NCBI RefSeq assembly: GCF_009914755.1
Contig: NC_060928.1
Direction: 5' to 3' (one strand)
DNA: 64,000 bases
Source of the DNA: the human T2T-CHM13v2.0 reference genome, Homo sapiens
In this document: positions 17,939 through 30,902 of the stretch, one piece after another
Position numbering within the stretch: the first letter of the stretch is position 1
Layout: each line of letters starts with the position of its first letter
Position numbers and translations under genes: made by a program
Notes under the pieces: generated by a model
Told to the model about the DNA's origin: nothing
What the model saw: only the letters and a program-made list of their open reading frames with translations
Database searches by the model: none

Positions 17939-18806
17939 TTAAAGTGCATTAACAATTTCCAAGACCTAAGTGACGCTTTAGTGTACAGCTAGAAAACATG
18001 GAATGTCATTCCCACCTGAAATGTTTAAGGGAAAATGTACTATTTCCTTAGTTTGTGCAAAATCTGACATCTGAGTCAACTTTGTTTCAAAATGGAATAA
18101 ACAAAGTTTGATTGGACCCACTAAACATTCTTCTTAGCAACAATGCGACACTTGCAAGGAGTTCCCTTTTTCACACTCTTCAAAGAGGAAATATTCCGAT
18201 TTCGTAAAATTAGGGCTTCGCTTTTAAAAAAAATTACAGACCAAAAAAAGTGTGGTTACACAATATAACTAGTATTGACTTAAGGGTACTGTGATCACCA
18301 TGCAGTGATCCCATAAAAGATGTGACCAAAATACCCACTTAAAATTTGAACGTCAGTCATGTAAGAACATGTAAAAGATGAAGGGAATATTTCAAAAACG
18401 ACTATCTGACGTAATATGATACTTACTATGACTCATATGGGCTTTGTTCTTCATCTCATCTTCAAATAAAAAGTTGATGATTAGAAAAAGGAGCATTAGA
18501 AGGGGGAAGTAACACTACTCGGCAATAGAGAAAAACTCCGGTCAAAGGAAGAGCATAGTTACAGAGCTCCGAATGTCAGGGAAAATCAAGCATCGGTCAT
18601 TCGGAATTAGCTCTGTATCGGTCGGTTTCTTCATTACTTAATTGTACGGGGGGAAACTACTTCAAAGTAAGGGCTCTTACGAGAGGCAACTTAAGCATTT
18701 GAAAGTGCAGGTTTATTTCCTCCTAGCGAGAAGTAGGGGGTCACTAGTGAGAAACCCATTTCAATCTGTGAGACGCCCCCTTCTACTCAGCCCACGTGGC
18801 TAAAGT

Positions 18807-19018
18807 AAACAGAAGGTGGGCCGGGGCGGGGAGAAACAGAACTCGGTCAATTTCCCAGTTTGTCGGGTCTTTAAAAATACAGGCCCCTAAAGCACTAAGG
18901 GCATGCCCTCGGTGAAACAGGGGAGCGCTTCTGCTGAATGAGATTAAAGCGACAGAAAAGGGAAAGGAGAGCGCGGGCAACGGGATCTAAAGGGAGATAG
19001 AGACGCGGGCCTCTGAGG
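18807..19018 (+). other. TET2: TET2 upstream alternative non-coding first exon (1a)
   Basis: AAACAGAAGGTGGGCCGGGGCGGGG...CTCTGAGG matches a recalled TET2 variant 5' end; followed by donor GG|GTAAGG at 19019. Start is approximate. Confidence 0.75.
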
Positions 19019-19541
19019 GTAAGGTGGGCGCAAGCGGAGGTGTGGTGCGGGGAGAGGTGCCAGTGGGTGGAGGCGGGGGCCAGAGCGAGGGCACGTGCGG
19101 GTACACTCCGGAGGAGGTGGGTGCGCGCGGGGGCGTGTGCGCGGGACCTCGAAGTGGTGGTGGAGTGCAGACCAGCAAAAAGTTTCAAAGGGAAATCTTA
19201 GATGTCACGTCTTTGTCCAGGCACCCGTGCCATCCCAACCTCCCACCTCGCCCCCAACCTTCGCGCTTGCTCTGCTTCTTCTCCCAGGGGTGGAGACCCG
19301 CCGAGGTCCCCGGGGTTCCCGAGGGCTGCACCCTTCCCCGCGCTCGCCAGCCCTGGCCCCTACTCCGCGCTGGTCCGGGCGCACCACTCCCCCCGCGCCA
19401 CTGCACGGCGTGAGGGCAGCCCAGGTCTCCACTGCGCGCCCCGCTGTACGGCCCCAGGTGCCGCCGGCCTTTGTGCTGGACGCCCGGTGCGGGGGGCTAA
19501 TTCCCTGGGAGCCGGGGCTGAGGGCCCCAGGGCGGCGGCGC

Positions 19542-19604
19542 AGGCCGGGGCGGAGCGGGAGGAGGCCGGGGCGGAGCAGGAGGAGGCCCGGGCGGAGGAG
19601 GAGA
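19542..19604 (+). repeat. 3 x 21-bp GC-box tandem repeat
   Basis: AGGCCGGGGCGGAGCGGGAGG / AGGCCGGGGCGGAGCAGGAGG / AGGCCCGGGCGGAGGAGGAGA. Confidence 0.85.
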
Positions 19605-19616
19605 GCCGGCGGTAGC

Positions 19617-19911
19617 GGCAGTGGCAGCGGCGAGAGCTTGGGCGGCCGCCGCCGCCTCCTCGCGAGCGCCGCGCGCCCGGGTCCCGCTCGCATGCAAGTC
19701 ACGTCCGCCCCCTCGGCGCGGCCGCCCCGAGACGCCGGCCCCGCTGAGTGATGAGAACAGACGTCAAACTGCCTTATGAATATTGATGCGGAGGCTAGGC
19801 TGCTTTCGTAGAGAAGCAGAAGGAAGCAAGATGGCTGCCCTTTAGGATTTGTTAGAAAGGAGACCCGACTGCAACTGCTGGATTGCTGCAAGGCTGAGGG
19901 ACGAGAACGAG
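19617..19911 (+). other. TET2: TET2 main non-coding first exon (1b)
   Basis: GGCAGTGGCAGCGGCGAGAGC...GAGAACGAG followed by donor GAG|GTCAGA at 19912. The TSS is likely heterogeneous, so the start is approximate. Confidence 0.88.
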
Positions 19912-20539
19912 GTCAGAGCGCTTCTCTTATGCCGCGAAACTCTCCCTTTCTTCTCCCCTTCGCTTTTTCTCGGGCTTCCAGGGACTGGGGAGCAAACCCT
20001 GTAGTGTCACCCACAAATACCAAGAGGGAAGAGGGAAGCTTCACAAATTACTGGAGCCTCTTCAACATGGCTGACAAATATAGTTTTAATTCCCTCTACC
20101 CCTTTTAAACCTGTAGTTCTGTGTTCTCTTCTCTCCTCCTAATGCTCGTCCCCTCATCTCCCAGAAAACTTACCTTTGTGCCTCCGACGAGCCGGTTTCC
20201 CGGCCTTTTTTAATCCTCAGAAAAGTGATTTTTAAATTTGCTTTCCTTTCTAAAATAGTTCAGCTTTGGGGGCACTACTTTTCCCTTTAATCCTCTTCCC
20301 CTGTTTCTTTCGTGTAAGTGAAACGAGTCTCCCGTTTATCCTGAACAACCTCAGAGAGAACACTGATAGGGTGTTTTTCGACCCTTTTATCAGCTGTAGG
20401 GTCTGGGTCTGGGTTTGTGTCTGCCTCCTCCTACCTTCTTATCCCCCTTTAGGGGGCTGTACGAAGTGAATGTCACAGGGAGTGGAATTGGAGTACACTG
20501 AGTGGGTTTTTTTTTTCCTTAAGTCCGCGCGTTTTGTTA

Positions 20540-20731
20540 GCGGCGCTGAGTGAAAGAGGAAAGAATAGTTTCTCTGGTTCCCCAAACAAGACCAGAACTC
20601 ACTTTTCTCAAGGTACATAAGTCAGCGCTGGGCTGAGCCTTCCAGCCTGGGGAATGTATGTAAGAGAATTTATGGACAAATCTGTGTCCCGGCTTTGTGC
20701 TTCTCCCGAATCAGCTTCGTTTGGTTCCTTG
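20540..20731 (+). other. TET2: Candidate third alternative first exon (1c)
   Basis: Consensus donor TTG|GTAAGT at 20732 in a CpG-containing shoulder of the island. Multiple TET2 promoters are recalled from the literature. The 5' end is not determinable from sequence. Confidence 0.4.
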
Positions 20732-20768
20732 GTAAGTGACAGGCAGACACAAAGGCAGGCGCAGGCCC

Positions 20769-20793
20769 GGGGAGGGGGCGGGAGGGGGTGGGG
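20769..20793 (+). other. Predicted G-quadruplex
   Basis: GGGG-A-GGGGG-C-GGG-A-GGGGG-T-GGGG: five G-tracts with 1-nt loops. Confidence 0.8.
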
Positions 20794-20899
20794 AGCGCAG
20801 CGTTGAGAGTTGCAAGACTGCAAGGTCAGGGGCGCCTAAAGAAATGAAACCCAATCCCAGCAAAGAAGTGAAGAGCAGATTTATAACAGTCCCATCCAA

Positions 20900-20983
20900 A
20901 TTTCTCTTTGGCTTCTCTCTTTGGTCTTTCATCTCTCTGCCTTTCTCTCTGTGTCTCCTCTCTACTCTTTCTTCTCTCTCTCT

Positions 20984-21016
<33 letters not shown>
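20900..21016. repeat. CT-rich tract followed by (CA)n
   Basis: Direct reading. Confidence 0.9.
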
Positions 21017-23970
21017 CTCACTCGCATCTTGCTGAATCTTTTCACTGGGACTGCTTGTCTAGTTTTATTAAGCTAATAGGGTTTGTATGGAGAGTTTTCT
21101 ACCTATGACATAATGAAGTGTGGCCTGGATAGACTCCTGGAAAGGCCGAAAATGAAATATAAGTGTTATTTGCTGGTTATTCCCCTCATGATATACTTTT
21201 AATTACATTGAGGGAGTTCTCCCTTCTTCATCTAATGTTTAAGAATTGAGAAAAGGCTTATTTTCCAGCGGTAAAATTTAGTGCATAAAATTTAGTGAAA
21301 TATTTATATATTTACGTGTCTAGGGAGTGGAATACATTCATGAATTTAATATCTCAAATCACACATTGTGCTTTTTCCCCTTCAGTCAGGGATTATAATG
21401 GGAAACCCAAATTCAAAGATATTCATCAACAAATGATCCATCATAGGAATAAGATTGTATCTTAAGGGAAGTTGGGATTCACAGAGAAAAGACATTGGTT
21501 TGGTTTGGTGTGATACTGTGGGTATTGTTGCCTGGCTAATGAAATCATTACATTTGCATTTTAATGGAAAGTTGAAATACTAAGGGGAGTTATGTTCTTT
21601 TACATGTTTGTATGTGTGCTTAATAATGTTTGGAATAGAATATAAATTTAAACACAATAAATATTGATTTTTTTAAATGTTAATAAGCAGAGAACGGTTA
21701 ATGAAGTGTTGGATAATCAAACTGAAGTTTAGAAGACAATTTATAGGATTAAAAAATGGATAGAAGGAAAAACACAATAATAGATATTTCTCCATAAGTC
21801 GAATTTCCAAAACTATTTGTCCTCGATAGTTCACTTTGTAACTTTCTATTTTGATCTTTGTTAATTTAATGTAGTTTGCTTTAATCATTGATACGTGGGG
21901 TTCTTTCACATGATTACAAGGGAGAAGCATTACTCATCTCTGTGGAATAGAAACGGTTCATTGGTTAGTTCTTATTTGCCCTAAAATTAAAACAAAAATT
22001 AGGATTTTACCATTAATGCTGTTCATGGTAAACTATCGAGAAAACTATGGTTAATTATTCCAGCAATTCAGAATTAAAAACAATTCCTTTTGCTAACAAA
22101 CTAATATTTACTTTTTGGGGACAACTTTTCAAATGTTGTGGTATATACTGTCTTCAGGCTACTCAACTAATAATAGATACAACATTTTCCACTCAATAAA
22201 TAAGAATAACTACATTGGTTAATAATTTTGAATACAACTATGAAGGCTTGTTTTTTCCTGTCATCAAATTTAGATTCTTGTTATTTTGTGCATCCTACTT
22301 TTATACTGAAAATAGCTGCTAATTAATACTGTATAAAGTATTTCAGTGATTATAAGGAAGAGATGTGTATGTTAGTCACTTTATCCTTTGTTGGAAAAGA
22401 GAAATTATTTTAATAAGTATGGGGTAGTTTACAATAAAAGACATAACCTCAGTTCTTTCTTTACCATATATGTGATCATACTACCTAGGTGCTCCAAAAA
22501 TTCCATAGGACTGTCTTGGGTTATTGAATTTTAGGAACATGATAATGGACAATAACAAGATAGATAGCTTTTCTTAACTATGACATTGTTTTGCTTATTT
22601 TCTTATTGAACTAATCATCAATGAGAAATTAAGTTGCAGTGAGAGAAATCCCTTGCTTTGTTTAAATTGTCATATTTGCCAAACTCTTCTTAAGGCTTTA
22701 ATTAGGTCTGATGTGCCAGTTTATGCCAGAAGCCGGAGGAATTGATATGATTTTGAGGCAGTGGCACATGGTCCTACTAGACATTGGCAAGTGAATATCA
22801 CTTCCAGAACAAGTGAAGTGCACCTGCCAAGGAGTTGTTATGAAAGAATTCCAAAGTCCTTATTGGGCACTGGTCTTGTATTAGGTAACAACAACTGGAG
22901 TTAATGTTTTAGTTTCACTTGTTGAAGTTAAAAGTTCCCTATCAATTCTTCTAAGACTCCACCCCCAAACAATGTTGTAAGTCAAATGTCACTATTGAAA
23001 TGTATTTCCTTAATTACTGACCTCATTAAGAAGCCCTTCTTATGATTCATAGGCACACCTCACAGAAACTCTATTTTCCATCCTGCCCAAAGTCTGAGTA
23101 GGTAAATTCTTATGAATTCTTATGAAATTACCTTGAAATAAAATATCTTCAAAAGTTACGGATGCTAGACATTGTATAATGTCAATATTTTAGAATATCT
23201 AATATTTAGAAAATCTTAGATCTACTTTTTATGCTTTAATTGCTTCTAATGCAAGTTAAATTGTTTTTGTTGTTATTGTTTTAATAGAATTTCATAGTCT
23301 TATCTAGCAATTTCAAATCGCTGGAAAGAGTCATCTTTGTTATATAAATAACCATGTAGACTGTTTTAATGTAATTGTTTCCTACCTTGGGAACAGGCTA
23401 AAACTTTGGACCAGCTGTCAGTATTTGTTCATCAGAATAACACTTTGTCAATGATTATTCTACCATTGCACAGTAGTTCTTAAGGATAGTAATGGTACCA
23501 AAGCCAGCAGCAATAGAATATCTCCCAAGCCAACTTTACAATTGGAGCCTTCACTGTGGGAAAGACCAGTTGCCAAGTAGAGCTGGTGGTTATCTGGGAA
23601 ACTGTGCTGAAGAACACAACCACAAATGATTTTGCCAAATATACAGTATTTACTTGGTCTAGATCTCCAATTTCTATTTCTACTCACTGCCAAAACTGAG
23701 TGAATACTGTGACATTATTGAAGGAGGTTATGCAGTACATCTGTTGGTTTGGTATATAGTAGGAGAGAAGGGTTCCAGGAGGGAAAGGGGAAAGTGAGAG
23801 CATGTGAATCACTGTGACTACAATCCAAAAAGAATTATGTATGTCTGCTATTTCCAGCATTATTTTTGTCCTATATTGTACATTGCAGAGACTTGCTGAC
23901 TTAAAATAGATATATAATCTTTTTCTCAAAAGAATAGATATTTGGTTGTCCATTCCAAATAACAAATTTT

Positions 23971-24290
23971 GGATGGGCGTGGTGACTCATGCCTGTAATC
24001 CTAGCACTTTGGGAGGCCAAGGTGAGAGATCACTTGAGGCCAGGAGTTTGAAACCACCCTGGGCAACACAGTCAGGCCCCAGTCTCTACAAAAAATTTAA
24101 AAAGTTAGTGGGGCATGGTGGTACATTCCTGTAGTCCCAGCTACTCAGGAGACTGAGATAGGAGGATGGATTGAGCTCAAGTGTTCTAACTTATAGTGAG
24201 CTCTGATCACACCACTGCGCTCCAGCCCAGGCAAGAGGGAGAGACCCTATCTCAAACAGCGACAACAACAAAACCAAACAAACAAAAAAG
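23971..24290 (+). mobile_element. Alu (AluJ-like)
   Basis: Diverged dimer with a CAA-rich tail. Confidence 0.9.
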
Positions 24291-24501
24291 CACATTCTAT
24301 CAGCTTTGATTTATGTTTTCTTCATTTGTAATGACATGTAGTTAAATGTGTCATACTTCAAAAAGAAGAAACAGATAGTAGGTGGATTTTCAATATAATA
24401 TATATTAGATATAGATAATATATATTTTCAATATATAATATATGTAAAAATAAATTCAGTGATAATATCATCCTACCTGCAGTTTTAAGAATTCAGAACT
24501 C

Positions 24502-24630
24502 AGGCCAGGTGTGGTGGCTCATTCTGGGAGGGGAAGGCAGGAGGATCACTTGAGGCCAGAAGTTCTAGACCAGCCTGGGCAACATAGTGAGATACCTGTC
24601 TCTATTCAATAAAAATAAAAATAAAAATAA
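24502..24630 (+). mobile_element. Alu left monomer (FLAM-like)
   Basis: Monomer with (TAAAAA)n tail; TSD AATTCAGAACTCA on both sides. Confidence 0.85.
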
Positions 24631-24725
24631 TTCAGAACTCAATGCTTTATACTCACTGAAAGTTGTTCCTCTAAACTGACTTGAAATCATGTTCCAAATA
24701 AACTGAGAATTAAAGTAAGAGACGA

Positions 24726-25236
<511 letters not shown>

Positions 25237-25444
25237 AAATAGGAGATGAATAAATTGGGATAAAGTGTTTTTGAAGGACAGTCTAGGATATAAAATGAAC
25301 TGGTTGTTTGACTAAAAATACTACAAATGTTTCTTTCAAATTACATTTCTTTTTTGTCTATTGGAAGGTAGGCACTGATTTCTATGTCTTTCTATTCCCT
25401 AATAGAACCTACTGTTGACCTCTCAGTCAATATTTAATGGATGA

Positions 25445-25826
<382 letters not shown>

Positions 25827-26479
25827 TAATCTATTTTCAATGTATAAGAGAAAAATAGTGTTAAGTGTCTTGGTGATGGTGATGATGGTAGGAGTAATGG
25901 TGTGTTTTCCTTACATTTAATTTCTACAGGCTATGGCAATTGCCCTATAAAAGCCACCCATTTTAAGCACAAAAGTGAATGGTTTTTAGTAAACTTATAT
26001 GGGATCATATATTTTTAATTGAAATATTTTTTGAGTTAATTATAGATTCATATGCCATTGTATGAAATAATACAGAGAGATTCCACGTATACTTGCTCAA
26101 TTTCCCCCAGTGGCAACACTTTGCAAAACTATAATATCATATCACATCACATGCAAAACTATAATATCATATCACAACCATGATACTGACATTGATGTGG
26201 CCTACTAATCTTATTCAGATGTCCTCAGTTTAACTTGTACTCATTTGTGTGTGTTTTGTTTTATACCATTTAGTCACATGATCACATATTTTTAAACCTT
26301 TTTTTCTCAAAACAGAGAAGTTTAGCACAAAAGTTTAGCAATTTATCAATCTTGTGATTGTGCTGTTATGCCATATTAAAATGTGTGTCAGAATGTAAGT
26401 TTTTGTTTTCTTAAAAGTCCTTTTTTTGATAGAATGGCCTTTATGTTAAAAATATTTTAAGTTGTTTTGTGACAGTGTA

Positions 26480-26670
26480 AGTCGATGTCATTTAATTCTC
26501 ATCACAACCCTAGAGATAGGTATTATTCTTATCCCTATTTATGAGTGAGGAAACTGAAGCCCAGTGAGGTTAAATAACTTCCTTAAGTTCATACAGCCGA
26601 TACATGGCTTAGGCTTAGCCAGCATTTGAGTTAAGCAGTCTGTCTCTAGTGCCAAATCTTTTAATCACTA
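26480..26670 (-). mobile_element. MIR SINE
   Basis: GAGGAAACTGAAGCCCAGTGAGGTTAAATAACTT core. Confidence 0.75.
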
Positions 26671-26759
26671 TATTATACTTCATCATTATCATTGATAGCT
26701 GTAAAAGTGTATAATGTGGACTATGTAGAGAAAGTCATAAAAGGAGATTTAAAATGCAT

Positions 26760-27232
26760 ACAGTTGTTCACATGAAAACTTGTAGCCAAATGTTCATTAC
26801 AGCATTATTAATAATGGTAAAAAATGGAAACAACCCAGATGTCTATCATGTCATGAGTGAATAAACAAATTGTGGTATATCCATACAGTGAAATATTATT
26901 AAGTAGTATAAAGGAATGGATTATTGATAAATGCTGTCACATAGGTGAATCTGAGAGGCACAAGAAAGGCCACATATGATATGCTTTCAATTTTAAGTAA
27001 CGTCCAGAATAGGCAAATCTAAGGAGACAGAAAGTTGGCTAGTTATTACTAGGGGCTAGGGATGGGAGGGAGGTGACTCCTAATAAGTATGAGATTTCTT
27101 TTGGTGATGATGAAAATGTTCTATAATTAGATAGTAATGATTGCCCAACTCTTTGAATATGCTGAAACCCACTGAATTATATGCTTTAAAAGGATGAATT
27201 TATTGTATGTGAATTATATTTCAAAAAGCTGT
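26760..27232 (+). mobile_element. Old L1M 3' fragment
   Basis: GGAAACAACCCAGATGTCTATC...ATTGTATGTGAATTATATTTCAA, L1 3'UTR motifs. Confidence 0.75.
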
Positions 27233-27672
27233 TGTTATAAAAATGAATGTAGTTGAGTTATTTGGTTTATGTTATGTCAGAAAATGTCTTACATCTCATG
27301 CAAAAGAAATGCAGGAACTATTTGGATTGAATGAGGCTAAGCATATCTTTCTAGGAAGATGGCATCAAGGAGTTTTATTATGCCTGTAATCCTGGCACTT
27401 TGGGAGGCCAAGGCGGGAGACCAGAAGTTTGAGATTAGTCTGGGCAACATCCTCTTATAGATGAGAAGGATACTTAATCACTCAAAAGTTGGCATTGTGT
27501 TTTGTGATAACAATAGCCTTTAGAGCTCATATGGGAAGATTCAATAGATAGTGATAGGTTATATGACTTGGTAAAGAGGGCTTAATGTATAGGTGCAAGA
27601 AACTTTCTCAGATGTCTTTAGTTACCTAGCCATTCAGTTCAGGAGATGTAACCCAAGTGTTAAAAGGAATGT

Positions 27673-27966
27673 GACTGGGTGCGGTGGCTCACACCTGTAA
27701 TCCCAGCACTTTGCGAGGCGGAAGTGGGTGGGTCTCTTGAGCTCAGGAGTTGGAGACAAGCCTGGGCAACATGGCAAAACCCCATCCCTACAAAAAATGC
27801 ACAAATTAGCTGGGTGTGGTGGCACATCCCTGTAGTTCCAGGTACTTGTGGGGCTGAGGCGGGAGGATGGCTCGAGCCTGGGAAGTTGAGGCTGCAGTGA
27901 GCCATGTTGGTGCCCCCACACTTCAGCCTGGGTGACAAAATGAGACCCTCTCTCTCAAAAAAAAAC
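27673..27966 (+). mobile_element. Alu (AluJ-like)
   Basis: Full dimer with A tail. Confidence 0.93.
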
Positions 27967-30591
27967 TATAAAAATTGCTGTTCTTGTTTAAATTACTACA
28001 AAGTGCAGTTTAATCTAGAAATAATAACAAATTACTAGATTTGGGGGGTTATTAATGTCTTATCTATGTGAAAACAGAAGGGCAATGCAGGGCAGAGAAT
28101 AAACTTCAAAACTTTGAGTTTGTTAACTGTTTATATCTCCACTTGTCATGTTTCAGATTTTAAAGTTAAAATGACAAAGTATCTCATAGGGTTTAAACAA
28201 GTGACTCTTTTCCTGTTAACTGATACTGTGGCATGTTGAAGATGTAAAATAAGGTTGAAAAGGAAATTGCTTTGCAGCAGTCTTCATAATGCCAGGACAA
28301 AGTGAGAAACAGGGTCAGAATGATGATGGCTCTCCATCTTTGCTACACATGGCTGCAAGTATTTACAAATACCAGCAGAACTTCTACAAACCACTTACAG
28401 GTAAAATGAGTGCAGATTTTTAACACTAGTCCCTATGGAACTATGACTTGTAGTTTTGGACACACAGGGTGAATTACTTGGGGTTGATTGTATTTGAATT
28501 TCTAACCTTATGTAATTCTAGATACCAGACATTCTTGTTGTGCAATGCTTCTCTCCCTTTTTATTCTCATGAGAATGCTGGGTTGCAGCCGGTTGGATCC
28601 CATACCTTGGGACCATGACTGATAACTGGAGTGGAGAAAATTCACTGATCTGGAAAGGTTGAGCTTTAGGGTTCAGAGACTTATTTAAGGTACACATGTG
28701 ATTGTACCCAATAAGGAAGTATATTGGCTTTATATAATTGTTATGATCACTTGTTCAATGAGTAACTATAGAATTTTACTTTTTAAGAGTATGATCATAG
28801 CATCTACTTGTAGGTTTGTTGAGTATGTTTGACAAGCCCAAGATAGATGCTCATGTTAGACCCATTAAGAAGTTGGTGTAGTGATGGTTATGGAAAGCAG
28901 TAAGATAGAATTTAGGTTCTGTTCTCCTTACTGGAGAAATGACTAGCTTACTTGTCTTCACTCTCTCTTGTTTCTCTCAAAACTTTGTGAACCACCTCAG
29001 CTGACTATAAATTTTTGTACTAGTATCTCCATAATTTTAAAAAAGTTGTTCACAAGTTTGAGTGTAGTACTTCATCTTTGCTTTTTAATGCACTTCCAAA
29101 AAATGTAAATCTGTTCTCGCATATTAGGAACATTTTGATTTGTTGTTTATTTTTAGCTTTGCTTTTTATAAGTAATTTATACAGAAGGTACACCATATTC
29201 AAAAGAAGAAAAATGGGCTGTGAATTTTTGCTGATGTACTACTCTCTTCAAAGGGAATTGCCTATGTTCAGGCATAGAAATGCAGGCAGTCTGACATTTA
29301 GGTATGCCATACAGAGTATTGATATTTTTAATTTGCTACTTTTAACATTTTGAGATTTGTCACAGTTTGTTCTGTGGGTGGGTAAAAGTAATGGTAATTT
29401 TAATTACAGTTGTCGTGCCTCATTAGCCATTGCTAAAACCTGCCTTACCAAATCACTTATTTTCTTGATGCAGTGTTAAATCTAGCTTCTATGTCCAGGT
29501 TATACATTAATGAGAACATTCACCCATCTCTCAAATGGGTTATTATAGTATTTTCTCCTGAAATAGATGATGCATAAAAAAAAGTAAAAAAGCTTCAATA
29601 GGGATAATGAAAGCCAGATAACATAGCATGGTATATGAGTTATTCCTCCCGTTTTTCTTACCTGTCTGCACTAAGAAGGGCACCCATTAAATACCATAAT
29701 TATTAGTTGTGCTGCCTCTGAAGTAGAGCACCAGAATGTGAGAGTAATACAATGAGACCACACCCAGATTCTATCCATAACATACTGTCCTGGTCTTATT
29801 AATTTTTTTAACCTGTTTGTTCTTTTAGCACTTTTCCTGCTTTTGTTTGAAGTCTCTTGCTTTGAAGTTGTAGAATTTTTATATTTGCCATTGGCTGTAA
29901 AGTTATCTCAGCTCTTTTATAACTTTTCATTATATTTGCATTAAAAGGATCACTTTGAGCACCCTGTAATTAATTCAGATGATTATTAGCTTTTTTGTTT
30001 GTTCTACTGTGCACTCTCCTATATACATTATAACAGAAGAAAAAACCATTTCTACAAATACAGTGTCTGATAGTTCATCAAATCAGAATGAGCATCTTAA
30101 AAAGTGAATTATTAAAATAATTCATTTACATTCCTATTTTAATGTACCAAATGTAACTGATGAAAAGAAGAATACCATAAATGGGTACCTTTCAAAAATG
30201 AAGGAAAAAAAAATCTCACAACTAAAGATTCTTACCATATAAATTATTTATTTTAGTAAATAATTATTTTAGTACAAACAGATACATTTTAGCAGGAAAA
30301 AACACACTTTAAACCTTGTTTTATAGATTTTATCTTTCTTCCAATCTAGCCACTGAAATGGTTTTTTCTCCAGTGAAGTTATATTATCTACATAAGTTGA
30401 ATTTAAAACAAGGTTGTATTTTAATTTTGCAGTTGTCTGCCACATTACGCTTGTGGAAAAACACTGGCAGAAAGCAAAGCTAATAGACATTTTGCTGTTG
30501 GCTCACCTTATTAATGGCTAAGATTTAATTATGTATTTCTACTGAAAAGCAAACTTGAAAAAGACGTTTGGTTACTAACTGTGGGAACTAA

Positions 30592-30902
<311 letters not shown>

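Larger units (their letters stand above)
18770..19980. promoter_or_regulatory. CpG island / TET2 promoter
   Basis: Very high GC and CpG density against CpG-depleted flanks. GC boxes (GGGGCGGGG ~18823; GGGCGGAG x3 in 19547-19597), E-boxes CACGTG at 18793 and 19092, YY1-like CAAGATGGCTGC at 19827. Confidence 0.92.

Noticed and set aside
19024-19891. Long ORFs on both strands (218 aa +, 228 aa -, 129-137 aa)
   Set aside because: They are low-complexity R/G/P/A translations expected in a stop-poor CpG island, often from non-ATG starts, with no recognisable domain.
26122-26176. Direct repeat TGCAAAACTATAATATCATATCACA x2; similar short duplications at ~24387-24443 and ~30903-30954
   Set aside because: These are local slippage duplications in old repeat or AT-rich DNA, with only two copies and no spacer-array structure.
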